The translations under genes and the position numbers were made by a program. DNA of 64,000 bases, taken from positions 96,001 through 160,000 of IMG/VR virus record IMGVR_UViG_3300050015_000276; one strand, written 5' to 3'. The first letter of the stretch is position 1. Each line of letters starts with the position of its first letter. Below the pieces are notes generated by a model that was not told the origin of the DNA, ran no database searches, and worked only from the letters and a program-made list of their open reading frames with translations. Below are positions 52,131 to 62,171 of this stretch, piece by piece. Source of the DNA: a virus.

Positions 52131-54710
52131 ATGAAATTTTATACCAACGCCCAGGTATCGGGCAATACCATATTATTAAAAGAGTTCTATAACGGTAAGC
52201 GTAAAAGATACCGTGTCGAATATCAGCCAACTCTTTATGTGAATGGCAAACCTGATAGTACATGGCATACATTGACTGGTGAACCAGTTGAACCCTTGAA
52301 GTTTGAAAGTATTAAAGAAGCCCGCGAATTTGTAAAAACGAATACGGACATCCCAGATTATCCTCTGTACGGCAATACCCAATTCCAATATTCTTTTATA
52401 GCTGATGAATATCCAGAACATGAAATCAGTTACGATTTAAAAGATATTTCAATTTTCACTATTGATATCGAAACTGAGAGTGAATCGGGGTTTACTCAAG
52501 ATGCTGCCGAGAAGACACCAGAACGTGTTAATGTCATAACATTAAAAGATTTTAATAAAGATGAATACCACGTTTTTACATTTGTTGATGATGGCATCTA
52601 TAATAAAAAGAATCGGTTTGTTCCAAAGACAGATAACATTATTCATTATGAATATAAATCCGAAATGGAAATGTTATTGATGTTCCTGAAAGTATGGAAT
52701 AAACTGGATCCTGATATTGTTACAGGATGGTCGAGCCGGTTTTTTGACATACCTTATTTGTATAATCGTCTTGTATTGTTGTTTGGTGAAAAGACTGCCA
52801 AGAAATTATCTCCCTGGAACCAAGTTAATTCCGAGACCGTAAACTTTATGAATCGGGATCATAATTGTTATGCCATTAGTGGTATATCACAGTTAGATTA
52901 CATTCAAATTTACCGGAAGAATGTTTTGGATCCGAGAGAAAATTATAAGTTGGATTATATTGCGAAAGTAGAACTTGGCGAAGGTAAGATTGATTGGCGA
53001 GAGAAATACGGAACAATGAAGGAATTCTATAAGAAGGATTTCCAATGGTTCGTAGAGTATAATATCCAAGATGTGAAGTTACCAGATATGTTAGAAGCCA
53101 AACTCAAACTCATTGAGTTGGTGGTGTCCGTTGCATATATTGCCAAAGTAAATTATGTGGATGTTCTAGCCCAAACCCGCACTTGGGATATGTTGATTTA
53201 TAATTATTTGTTTCAAAAAAATATTGTTTATCCAGTTAAAAAAATATTTATTGAAAAAAAGGAACAATTTGAAGGAGCGTATGTCAAGGATCCTTTACCG
53301 GGAATGTATGAAGATATTTGTAGTTTTGATGTAAATTCCCTTTACCCGTCAATTATGTTATTGACAAATATGGGAATAGAAACAAAACAAAATAAAAAGT
53401 TTAAGTTAAATCCAGAAGATTTTTTAAATAAAACTGAAAAATATCTTGAAGCTATAGAATATTCTAAAAAAAATAATTTAACTCTTGCTGCAAATGGTAT
53501 TTTATATGACCGAAAAAATTATAGTTTTTTAACGGTATTGTTAAATCAAATTTTGAATGGTAGAAAAATAGCAAGAGAAAATATTAAAATCAAGAAAAAT
53601 GAATTAAAAAATAATACAGAAGAAAATATAAAATCAAAAAAACAAATTGAATTAGATATATCTTCTCTTGAGGTTAAGCAAAAAAGTTTGAAGGTATTAG
53701 CCAATTCTTGTTACGGTTGTCTTGGAACACCATATTTTAGATGGTTCGATATTGATAACGCTGAAGCTGTAACTTTAACCGGTAAAGTTATTATTCAATA
53801 TATTCAGAATGGTATAAATAGTTTTTTAAATAAACTATTGAATACTAATTCCGATTATGTTATTGCTGTGGATACAGATTCAAATTATATTACATTAAAG
53901 GTTTTGGTTGATAAAGTTTACAAAAATAAACGTCCATCTGATTTAAATAAGATAACAAATTTTATTGATACGGTATGTAAAGAAAAATTAGAACCAGAAA
54001 TTGATCGATTATTTTCAATATTAACAAATGAATTTTTCAATGGAATGATTGAAAAAGAACCATTGTTAAAAATGAAACGAGAAATAATTGCCAGTAAAGG
54101 TATTTGGGGTTCTAAAAAACATTATATTTTATTGGTTCAAGATACTGAGGGATTTAGACATCCAGAATCAAAATTAAAAATAATGGGATTTGATTTAGCA
54201 AAATCCAGTTTGCCGCAATTTACAAAAGATGCAATGCGTAAAGCGGTAAATATTGTAATGTCTGGAACTCAAGAACAATTAGCAGACTTCATAGAAGAAA
54301 CTCGTTTAAAGTTTTTGAAGTTGCCAGTTGAAGATGTTGCATTTCCTCGTGGTGTAAATAATCTTGAAAAATGGGGAGATGAGGAAAACATCTATACAAA
54401 AGGAACTCCAAAGGCTGTAAAGGGAGTTTTAATTCATAATGAATGTCTTGAACGTTTAGGATTACTTTCTAAATACCAACCGATTACATCTTCCGAAAAA
54501 ATCAAATACGTTCATCTCAAAATACCAAATCCAATACATTCACCAGTAATTGCATTCAATGGTAAATTACCAAAGGAATTTGGTCTTCACAAATATGTGG
54601 ATTTTAATGATATGTTTGAAGGAACACTTATTAAACCACTTGAGAAAATTCTTGATCCTATAGGATGGTCAACAGAAAAAATAGTAGATATGGAGCAATT
54701 TTTTATATGA
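52131..54710 (+). CDS. gp43: Family B DNA polymerase gp43
   Basis: DIETE, GW...FFDIPY, YNIQDV exonuclease motifs; DVNSLYPS, KVLANSCYG, DTDS. Confidence 0.95.
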   Translation: MKFYTNAQVSGNTILLKEFYNGKRKRYRVEYQPTLYVNGKPDSTWHTLTGEPVEPLKFESIKEAREFVKTNTDIPDYPLYGNTQFQYSFIADEYPEHEISYDLKDISIFTIDIETESESGFTQDAAEKTPERVNVITLKDFNKDEYHVFTFVDDGIYNKKNRFVPKTDNIIHYEYKSEMEMLLMFLKVWNKLDPDIVTGWSSRFFDIPYLYNRLVLLFGEKTAKKLSPWNQVNSETVNFMNRDHNCYAISGISQLDYIQIYRKNVLDPRENYKLDYIAKVELGEGKIDWREKYGTMKEFYKKDFQWFVEYNIQDVKLPDMLEAKLKLIELVVSVAYIAKVNYVDVLAQTRTWDMLIYNYLFQKNIVYPVKKIFIEKKEQFEGAYVKDPLPGMYEDICSFDVNSLYPSIMLLTNMGIETKQNKKFKLNPEDFLNKTEKYLEAIEYSKKNNLTLAANGILYDRKNYSFLTVLLNQILNGRKIARENIKIKKNELKNNTEENIKSKKQIELDISSLEVKQKSLKVLANSCYGCLGTPYFRWFDIDNAEAVTLTGKVIIQYIQNGINSFLNKLLNTNSDYVIAVDTDSNYITLKVLVDKVYKNKRPSDLNKITNFIDTVCKEKLEPEIDRLFSILTNEFFNGMIEKEPLLKMKREIIASKGIWGSKKHYILLVQDTEGFRHPESKLKIMGFDLAKSSLPQFTKDAMRKAVNIVMSGTQEQLADFIEETRLKFLKLPVEDVAFPRGVNNLEKWGDEENIYTKGTPKAVKGVLIHNECLERLGLLSKYQPITSSEKIKYVHLKIPNPIHSPVIAFNGKLPKEFGLHKYVDFNDMFEGTLIKPLEKILDPIGWSTEKIVDMEQFFI

Positions 54711-55249
54711 GTAATATAGAATTAATTCCACTAATACCGACACCGGAAGAGGTGAAGGTATTGTGGTCAGATAAAAAGACTATAAAATTGGAACAAATAC
54801 CATCAATAACAGAAGTAGTAAATCCATTAACAAAGTCATTAAAAGCCGTTTGGCCACAATATTGTGATTCAAATTTAATGCCGATACCGGTATTAGATAC
54901 AATGAGATCTTTTGAAACTGGTGCAACCAGAGATTCGAAAACTGGAAAATTAGAATATGAGGAATGTTTGTCACCTATTGCATTAGAAGCGTATGCGGAA
55001 TATATGTTAGATTGTAGTGTGCTTCCAGATGGAACAAAAAGACCGGGGGACAATTGGCAAATTGGTATTCCTCTTGAAGCTTATATGGATTCTCTTTTGC
55101 GGCATGTTTTTGATTTATGGAAATTACATCGAGGATATAAAACATTAGATAGAAAAACTGGTGAGCCTATTACTATTAAGAAAGCTTTGTGCGCCATTTT
55201 ATTTAATACCTTTGGTTATCTTCATGAGTACATTAAAAAGGAATTATGA
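54707..55249 (+). CDS. dATP/dGTP diphosphohydrolase (DUF5664-like)
   Basis: RSFETGATRD..GK..Y, NWQ.GIP...Y.DSL.RH. Confidence 0.75.
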   Translation: MSNIELIPLIPTPEEVKVLWSDKKTIKLEQIPSITEVVNPLTKSLKAVWPQYCDSNLMPIPVLDTMRSFETGATRDSKTGKLEYEECLSPIALEAYAEYMLDCSVLPDGTKRPGDNWQIGIPLEAYMDSLLRHVFDLWKLHRGYKTLDRKTGEPITIKKALCAILFNTFGYLHEYIKKEL

Positions 55250-55917
55250 GTGAAAAAATTGTTGAATTGACTGGCGAAGAATTATTTCAAGATCAATTAA
55301 GTGGACATGACAATAATTACAAAAAAGGTACCTACATGGTTACTTATACTGGAAAAGAATTCTATCCATTAGATCCGAATCCAGGTGATATTGATATTAA
55401 AGATATTGCACACGCGTTGTCCAATTGTTGCCGTTTTACAGGACATGTAAAGAATTTTTATTCGGTAGCACAACATAGTGTAATGGTTAGTGAATTGTGC
55501 GAACCTGAAAATGCTCTTGCGGGTTTATTGCATGATGCATCGGAGGCGTATCTAAGTGATGTTGCCAGACCGGTAAAGTATACTGAACAAATGGAAGGAT
55601 ATCGGGCAATTGAACATCATTTAGAGGAAGTTATTTTTGCCAAATTTGGCCTCCCATTCCCGATGACTAAAGATATTAAGTTGGCTGATGATATGGCATT
55701 ACTTGCAGAAGGGTATTATTTATTTAATCCTATTCCATCCTGGATCAAACGTAGATTGGTAGACAATAATTTGGAGAAACCAGTTGTAGATTTCCTTCAT
55801 TGTTGGCCGCCAGCAATTGCTAAAGCAATGTTTATGAAAAGATTTATCCTGTTATCTCTGGGAATTAATACTGAAGCAACACAAGAGGAAATAAATGCCG
55901 CGACCAAAGAAAATTAA
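55246..55917 (+). CDS. HD-domain 5'-deoxynucleotidase (YfbR/DatZ-like)
   Basis: DIAHALS..CRF.GH...FYSVAQHS, LLHDASEAY..D. Confidence 0.85.
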   Translation: MSEKIVELTGEELFQDQLSGHDNNYKKGTYMVTYTGKEFYPLDPNPGDIDIKDIAHALSNCCRFTGHVKNFYSVAQHSVMVSELCEPENALAGLLHDASEAYLSDVARPVKYTEQMEGYRAIEHHLEEVIFAKFGLPFPMTKDIKLADDMALLAEGYYLFNPIPSWIKRRLVDNNLEKPVVDFLHCWPPAIAKAMFMKRFILLSLGINTEATQEEINAATKEN

Positions 55918-57046
55918 AGAAAAAAAGACTAGGGTTTCAACCAAGGCACCGCGTGAAGTAAAGAAGGTAAAGTATTCTGAAAATAGTTTATTTTTCAATA
56001 CTCTAGTAAAAGAAACCGGAAATGATTTAGCGCAGGCCGCATCACAAGGAATTATTGCTGGAGATATTAAATCTTGGATTGATACTGGGGTTTATTTATT
56101 AAATGCACAATTATCTGGTTCTCTCTATGGCGGATGTCCAGATAATAAAATTGTTGTATTTGCCGGTCCAGAAGCAACTGGTAAAACATTTTTTGTTTTG
56201 AGTATTGTAAAACATTATTTGGAAAGTAATCCTAAAGCTGGTGTTTTTTATTTTGAAAGTGAATCAGCTATTGATAAGCGAATGTTGGAACAACGAGGAA
56301 TAGATATTTCGCGGGTGTTTGTTGTTCCAGTATCTACCGTTCAAGAATGGCGAACACAAACATTAAAGGTTCTTAAAGGATATTCTGAAATACCTGAAAA
56401 TAAAAGACAACCATTGATGTTTGTTTTAGATTCTCTTGGTATGTTGTCGACCACCAAAGAAATGGAAGATTCGGAATCTGGTTCGGAAAAAGCTGATATG
56501 ACACGAGCCCGATTAATTAAAGCCGCATTTAGAACTATAACTTTAAAATTAGGTAAATTGGGTGTTCCACTTCTAGTTACAAATCACACATATGATGAAA
56601 TGGGGAAGATGTTTTCTACCAGAAAACAATCTGGAGGAAGCGGTATACTCTATTCAAATTCAATGACGGTTTTTCTTTCTAAAGCAAAAGATAAAGATGG
56701 TGATGATGTTATTGGGTCCTTAATTTCAAGTACTTTAAAGAAGGGTAGAATTACTAAAGAAAATACTTTGATTAAAGTAAAATTAAATTATGCTTCTGGA
56801 TTAGATAAATATTTCGGTTTATTGGATTTGGCCAGTGATAATGCTTTAATTAAAAAATTAGATAGGAAATATGAATTTCCTGATGGAAAAAAAGAATTTG
56901 AAAAAAAGATTTATGAAAATCCTTTATTATATTTTACACCTGAGTTTATGGAAAAATTAGAAGTGTTGGCAAAAAAGACATTTTTATATGGGGAGGTAAT
57001 TGAAGAGAATGGAGATGATACTTTTTTGGAAAAAGAAATTCTTTAA
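55895..57046 (+). CDS. uvsX: RecA-like recombinase UvsX
   Basis: IDTG.Y.LNA.LSGSLYGG, AGPEATGKTF, LDSLGMLST.KE, ADMTRA, LVTNHTY. Confidence 0.93.
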   Translation: MPRPKKIKEKKTRVSTKAPREVKKVKYSENSLFFNTLVKETGNDLAQAASQGIIAGDIKSWIDTGVYLLNAQLSGSLYGGCPDNKIVVFAGPEATGKTFFVLSIVKHYLESNPKAGVFYFESESAIDKRMLEQRGIDISRVFVVPVSTVQEWRTQTLKVLKGYSEIPENKRQPLMFVLDSLGMLSTTKEMEDSESGSEKADMTRARLIKAAFRTITLKLGKLGVPLLVTNHTYDEMGKMFSTRKQSGGSGILYSNSMTVFLSKAKDKDGDDVIGSLISSTLKKGRITKENTLIKVKLNYASGLDKYFGLLDLASDNALIKKLDRKYEFPDGKKEFEKKIYENPLLYFTPEFMEKLEVLAKKTFLYGEVIEENGDDTFLEKEIL

Positions 57047-57710
57047 TTACATATACGTTGATTTGAGAAAACCAGGACACTATTCTTATGAAGGACTTAA
57101 TATCTCTTTTCTTTATGAGCCTTTTTATGTTGGAAAAGGAAAAGATAAAAGATGGAAATCCAAACACCGAAATCCTTATGTTAAAAATATAGTGAATATT
57201 TTAGGTGATCCTATAAATTTCACCATATTAATTAATATTTGCACTGATGAAAAATTTGTATTATTTGAAGAAATTCGTATTATTTCTTTAATTGGAAAGA
57301 GTTCTAATGGCGGTCCTTTAAGAAATTTTACTGATGGAGGAGAAGGTACCTCAGGACACGTACAAAGTGAAGAACATCGGCAGAAAAATCGAAAATCTCA
57401 TTTAGGACGAAAACATACAAAAGAATCTAAAAAATTAATTGGAAATTCTTCAAGAGGAGAAAAACATTATAGATTTGGAAAACATTGCTCTCAAGAAATT
57501 ATTAATAGAATAAAAGAAACCAAATCAAAACGTATTTATCAGATATCATTTCCTTCTGGAGAAATTAAAATAATTAAAAATCTTAATGAATTTTGTAAAG
57601 AAAATAATTTAAATCATAGTAATATGTACCAAGTATTGAAAGGAAAGGTATGTCACTGTAAAGGATACAAAGTGAAATATTATGATCCAGAATCAACAGA
57701 TACCGACTAA
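57000..57710 (+). mobile_element. GIY-YIG (Seg/LEM-3-like) homing endonuclease with NUMOD3 and NUMOD1 motifs
   Basis: YIYVD...PFYVGKGK..R, E...I..IG...GPL.N.TDGGEG; GRKHTKESKK; NL..FC.ENNL. Confidence 0.82.
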
Positions 57711-58041
57711 TATTCTTCCAGAAGGATACTATAAAAGAGATCCAATGAATCCGTACCTGATAAGTCTCCAAATGGGGCCTTATCAGGGATTAGTTCTCCA
57801 AATTTGTGAAGACATTAAGATCATTACGGATCGCTTGACAAATACCCCACAACTTTGCTATAATTATAGAATACTTCAGTACAGTGATAAAGAACCCCTC
57901 GAGTGTGAATCATCTAAATCTCTTTCACGCATCATTGGCGCTATTGCTGTGGAATTACTTTCCGAAGAAATATTAAATGATGGAGTTTTAGAACCGATTT
58001 CAAAAAATGCCAGAAAACAAAATAGAGACGGTAATTCTTAA
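57682..58041 (+). CDS. gp40-like protein (head vertex assembly chaperone position)
   Basis: Between uvsX and gp41; L.YNY.I....IGAI.VELLSE pattern. Confidence 0.5.
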   Translation: MIQNQQIPTNILPEGYYKRDPMNPYLISLQMGPYQGLVLQICEDIKIITDRLTNTPQLCYNYRILQYSDKEPLECESSKSLSRIIGAIAVELLSEEILNDGVLEPISKNARKQNRDGNS

Positions 58042-59458
58042 AAATCTATTTCACAATGATGAATATACTAGAAAAGTAATTCCGTATCTTCGGGAGGATT
58101 ATTTCCGGGATGAAGAAAGGATTATTTTTCGACATGCCAATTCCTTTATAACTGAGTACAATAAACTACCAACAGTTTCTTCTATTGCTATTTCTGTGGA
58201 TGGTGATAAAAAAATCAGTGAAGATGATTATAAAGAGGTTCTCCAAGTACTTGAACATTTGGAAACCAATGAAGTTGTCGATGATACCTGGCTGATTGAT
58301 AAAACAGAACAATTTTGTAAAGACAAGGCTCTGGCTAACGCAGCTTTTAAGGCTGTTGGTATTCTCGAAGGCAATGATAAAAAACTTGATAGTGGTGCCA
58401 TTCCTGGTATATTTGAGGATGCGTTGGCCATATCTTTCGATTCCTCTATTGGACATGATTATTTTACGGATGCTGAAGCCAGATATGATAAGATCCACTC
58501 TAGTGAATATAAGATGCCATTCGACATCGATATTTGTAACAAGGTAACTAAGGGTGGAGTTGGAGCAAAGAAATTACATATTTTAGCCGGTGGTGTGTAT
58601 GTTGGAAAGACTTTAGGATTATGTCATTTTGCCAAGTCCTATATGTGTGCTGGAAAGAATGTTCTGTACATCACATTAGAAATTAGTGAAGAGGATATTA
58701 ACACTAGAATAGATTGTAATCTTTTGAATTTGTCTATTGATGAAGTGGATAATATTCCAAAAGAAGTATTCATGGCCCGCGTAGAAAAGGCAAGGGCTGC
58801 AACACCTGGCAAATTGAAGACGAAAGAATATCCCCAAGGTTCGGTTCATGTAAATAATTTCCGAGCATTGATACATGAATTGAAACTGAAGAGTAATTTT
58901 ATTCCGGATGTAATTATAGTTGATTATCTTGGATTAATGTTATCGTGTAGAGTTAAATCGAGTGAGCCAACACATATTACAATGCCAGCTATTGCCGAAG
59001 AGTTGCGTGGTTTGGCACAAGAGTTAGGTATTCCTGTTTGGACGGCCACTCAATTGAATGCTGAAGGTATGCAGAGTTCTGATCCGGGTATGACTGATAC
59101 TGCTGGGTCAAAAGTCGGGTTGGCAGCAACATGTGATATTCTTTGGATGTTGGTGAGTAGTGAGAAGTTGCGAGAGTTAGGTCAGATTATGATTATACAA
59201 CATAAGAATAGGTACAAGGATGCGGCAGACCATAAAAAGTTTTATGTTGGATTGGATCGTAAAAAATTCAGATGGCACTCCGTAGAGCAAAAGGGACAGA
59301 CTGCGCCGGCCGAAGAATCTGAAGAAGATGGTGAAGCGGCTATTAAAAGAGAAGTGACAAAGAAATATGGTACGGCCGCATATGAATCTGGATATAAAAA
59401 TACTCGGCAAGCAAGAGCATTCGGGCCTCGGCCGGGGTTTGCTGATTTGAAGGTATAA
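58007..59458 (+). CDS. gp41: Replicative DNA helicase gp41
   Basis: GHDYF.D...RY, AG...VGKT, YITLE, IVDYL, WTATQ, K.RY.D. Confidence 0.93.
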   Translation: MPENKIETVILKNLFHNDEYTRKVIPYLREDYFRDEERIIFRHANSFITEYNKLPTVSSIAISVDGDKKISEDDYKEVLQVLEHLETNEVVDDTWLIDKTEQFCKDKALANAAFKAVGILEGNDKKLDSGAIPGIFEDALAISFDSSIGHDYFTDAEARYDKIHSSEYKMPFDIDICNKVTKGGVGAKKLHILAGGVYVGKTLGLCHFAKSYMCAGKNVLYITLEISEEDINTRIDCNLLNLSIDEVDNIPKEVFMARVEKARAATPGKLKTKEYPQGSVHVNNFRALIHELKLKSNFIPDVIIVDYLGLMLSCRVKSSEPTHITMPAIAEELRGLAQELGIPVWTATQLNAEGMQSSDPGMTDTAGSKVGLAATCDILWMLVSSEKLRELGQIMIIQHKNRYKDAADHKKFYVGLDRKKFRWHSVEQKGQTAPAEESEEDGEAAIKREVTKKYGTAAYESGYKNTRQARAFGPRPGFADLKV

Positions 59459-59466
59459 GTATCGAT

Positions 59467-60591
59467 ATGCAAGAAATAACACTTCCAATTCTTAAGTCTA
59501 TCCTTTTGAGTTTTGGTTATAATCACGTACAGACTCTTCCATTAGGAAGTCCTAATCCTAAAACCCTTCATATTGTATTAAAAACGAGTGACATTAGTTG
59601 GAGAGCACCGATATTAAAACATTTGAATGAGTTGTCAAGTGTTTTTGGTGAGCCAAAATTTGGTAATTCAAATTCCAAAGCTCACAATAGAGATTTTGAT
59701 TATATTGAAATTGGAAAATATAAAATCTTTGCTTCTTTAAAAGAAAAGAAAATAATTAAAATACAACCAGGTAAAGCCAATGAGTTGGTATTATATAATA
59801 CCATTAAAGAATACTTGAAACAATATTCCGTAATCAATATTAAATTTCAAACTTCTGGTAAATTCTTTTATATTGCTAACGTTAATAAAGTTGAACATGT
59901 GGCCCATGATATTTCCAAAAGAAAGAAATCTGATATTAATTTGTTTGGAGCATTCTTTGGTTCATATTCACTATCAGTAAAAGAACCAAAGTTTGCTGCG
60001 TGGGAAGCTGTAGAAACTTATTGGAATGAAAAAAGAAATGTTCTCGATTATACATTGGATAATTTTTCAAATAAAGTAATACTAAAGAAAGTTGACAGTG
60101 AATATACTTTGAATCCGGCAATTGCCATTAAATGCACAAATGACGAGGCGAGAGATGTAATTTTCGGTTCTGATATTCTTGGTAAGGGTTTGGTTATTTC
60201 ACAGAAATGGAAATCTGGGCATTTTGATTGGTATGAAAATTCAAAAACACTCATATTAGATTGTGAAAACATTATACATACCATGAGTGATGTTGATAGA
60301 AAGTTGTGGCCATATTTTCAATTAAGAAATCATAAAGGACATAAATCTATATTTCTTCCGGGCATAGCAGCAAATGCCATTCCCTTTGTTAATGTGTCTT
60401 CTACGGATTTAGTAGTTCTGGATGTAGATGTTGCTAAAAATTATCAAAGGGAAAATTATTTTGAATTAAAAGCATCATTAACACCATTAAATTTCCAAAA
60501 TATTGAAAAGACTTTAAAGGAAGAGAAGATTAAATATATTGTTGTTCCTAATTCTAATTTATTAGATATTTGGATAGCTAAAAATTTATGA
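59467..60591 (+). CDS. Hypothetical protein, possible PD-(D/E)XK nuclease
   Basis: G.ANE..L, K.DI.L....SLSVK pattern. Confidence 0.45.
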   Translation: MQEITLPILKSILLSFGYNHVQTLPLGSPNPKTLHIVLKTSDISWRAPILKHLNELSSVFGEPKFGNSNSKAHNRDFDYIEIGKYKIFASLKEKKIIKIQPGKANELVLYNTIKEYLKQYSVINIKFQTSGKFFYIANVNKVEHVAHDISKRKKSDINLFGAFFGSYSLSVKEPKFAAWEAVETYWNEKRNVLDYTLDNFSNKVILKKVDSEYTLNPAIAIKCTNDEARDVIFGSDILGKGLVISQKWKSGHFDWYENSKTLILDCENIIHTMSDVDRKLWPYFQLRNHKGHKSIFLPGIAANAIPFVNVSSTDLVVLDVDVAKNYQRENYFELKASLTPLNFQNIEKTLKEEKIKYIVVPNSNLLDIWIAKNL

Positions 60592-61211
60592 TAAAGGAAT
60601 TTAATAATATCCCAGTTCCAAAATCTCTTATTATTAAATTGAAAAATTTAGGTGTAGAGTTAAGAGAAGGGGAAGTTACTAAAGCTACATTTAATGTTTC
60701 GCATATTGAATTTTTAGATGAGATATTTTCAGCATTAAAAATTGTTAAACGTAAAGGTTTTCCTATTCCGGGAATTATAGTTCCGTGGGATGTTGTTGAA
60801 AAAGGTGCCGCAGGTTGGCATCCCGCAAATCACAATAGAGGCACGTTAGGGGTTGGAGTTAAAGGAGAATATAAACCTATTTATAGCGGTTATGCAGTTA
60901 ATCCTAGTATACCAGGAATTATATTTCATGAATGTGGTCATCTATACCATTTCACATACAACAAATGCATTTTTAATGGTTATGATGGTTATACCAATAA
61001 AAAATTAATATCTGAACAAAATTTAAATCAATTTGATGTTACAATGAAAGATATTGAACTAAATGTTAGTAGTTATGCTTTAGAAAATATTAGGGAATTT
61101 GTGGCAGAAGTTTTTTGTGGTGTTATTAGTGGAAATAAATACCCTAAAAATATTATGAAGGTTTTTCATAATTATGCTTATGAAAATTGGAATTCAGGTT
61201 ATAAAATATAA
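60588..61211 (+). CDS. Zincin-like metallopeptidase
   Basis: HECGH plus S.YA..N..EFVAE.F. Confidence 0.6.
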   Translation: MIKEFNNIPVPKSLIIKLKNLGVELREGEVTKATFNVSHIEFLDEIFSALKIVKRKGFPIPGIIVPWDVVEKGAAGWHPANHNRGTLGVGVKGEYKPIYSGYAVNPSIPGIIFHECGHLYHFTYNKCIFNGYDGYTNKKLISEQNLNQFDVTMKDIELNVSSYALENIREFVAEVFCGVISGNKYPKNIMKVFHNYAYENWNSGYKI

Positions 61212-61212
61212 A

Positions 61213-61620
61213 ATGAGACACGACCGGCACATGAATACTGTTTTTCAAATAGCCATTGAAGTTCCGAAGTGTTCTGACCAGAAAGTGGCAGCTATTATTG
61301 TTTCCAAAAATAACGTGGTGAGTGTTGGATTTAATCAAGATAAATCACACCCTATGGTAGCATACTACCAATATAATGATTGGTGTGAAAATCTCCACGC
61401 CGAGGCAAGTGCCATTATTAATGCACTAAGACAAATTGGTCGCCGGCGACTGGCTAAGTGTGACATGTATGTGTGTAGAGCAAAAGTGGTAGATGGAAAA
61501 TATCAGTGGGGATTTTCCAAACCCTGCAAAAATTGTCAGAATTTTTTGAAATCGTATCCTGTTCGGAATGTATACTATTCGAGTGAGGTGACCGGCGTAT
61601 ATGAAAAAATTGTCTGTTGA
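61213..61620 (+). CDS. Zn-dependent deaminase (dCMP/cytidine deaminase fold)
   Basis: HAE and PC..C motifs. Confidence 0.8.
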   Translation: MRHDRHMNTVFQIAIEVPKCSDQKVAAIIVSKNNVVSVGFNQDKSHPMVAYYQYNDWCENLHAEASAIINALRQIGRRRLAKCDMYVCRAKVVDGKYQWGFSKPCKNCQNFLKSYPVRNVYYSSEVTGVYEKIVC

Positions 61621-62143
61621 AGATTTTGTTGGAAAGATGTATAATATTCCATACAATAAAAAATTTGAAAAGGCTACAGAGTCTTTTTTATTAACCCATG
61701 GGGCAAAAATTATCCGGGAGCCTAATGGGGGTCAGACTTTCCCGGATTTTCGAGTTACTATACCATTAGAAAATTCTATATATTGTTTTGATTTGGAAGA
61801 AAAAACTTCCAAAGAATCATCTGGTAAACCCAATTATAATGCCCATTATCCAAACCCCGAAGATTTCTTCATTTATATAAATTCCAGTTTTTCTGTTCCC
61901 TTCCTCGGAAAACATTTACCTTTGGCGTCATCTCAAGAAAAAAAGAAAATTAGGCAATTTTTCGATGATGTCCAAGTCCGTTTTGATAAGTTTGCCGATT
62001 CTTGTAAAGGATTTCTTGTTCCTCGAATGCGAGTTCAATTCACACCTAAGAGAAAATGCCCAATAGATTATAAAGGAATATTTTCTGATCCAAAAGTGTT
62101 CGATGATATTTGTGAACATATTCGTCAAAAGAAGATTGACTAA
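61601..62143 (+). CDS. Hypothetical protein, possible restriction-endonuclease-like PD-(D/E)XK
   Basis: PNG.Q.FPDF...LEEK. Confidence 0.5.
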   Translation: MKKLSVEDFVGKMYNIPYNKKFEKATESFLLTHGAKIIREPNGGQTFPDFRVTIPLENSIYCFDLEEKTSKESSGKPNYNAHYPNPEDFFIYINSSFSVPFLGKHLPLASSQEKKKIRQFFDDVQVRFDKFADSCKGFLVPRMRVQFTPKRKCPIDYKGIFSDPKVFDDICEHIRQKKID

Positions 62144-62164
62144 CCGTATATAATATGTTATAGT
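62136..62164 (+). promoter_or_regulatory. sigma70-type early promoter
   Basis: TTGACT-17-TATAGT. Confidence 0.6.
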
Positions 62165-62171
62165 TGGGTAT

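Noticed and set aside
54707-55917. Z-genome (2-aminoadenine) system
   Set aside because: No PurZ in the window; DUF5664/HD genes alone are not diagnostic.
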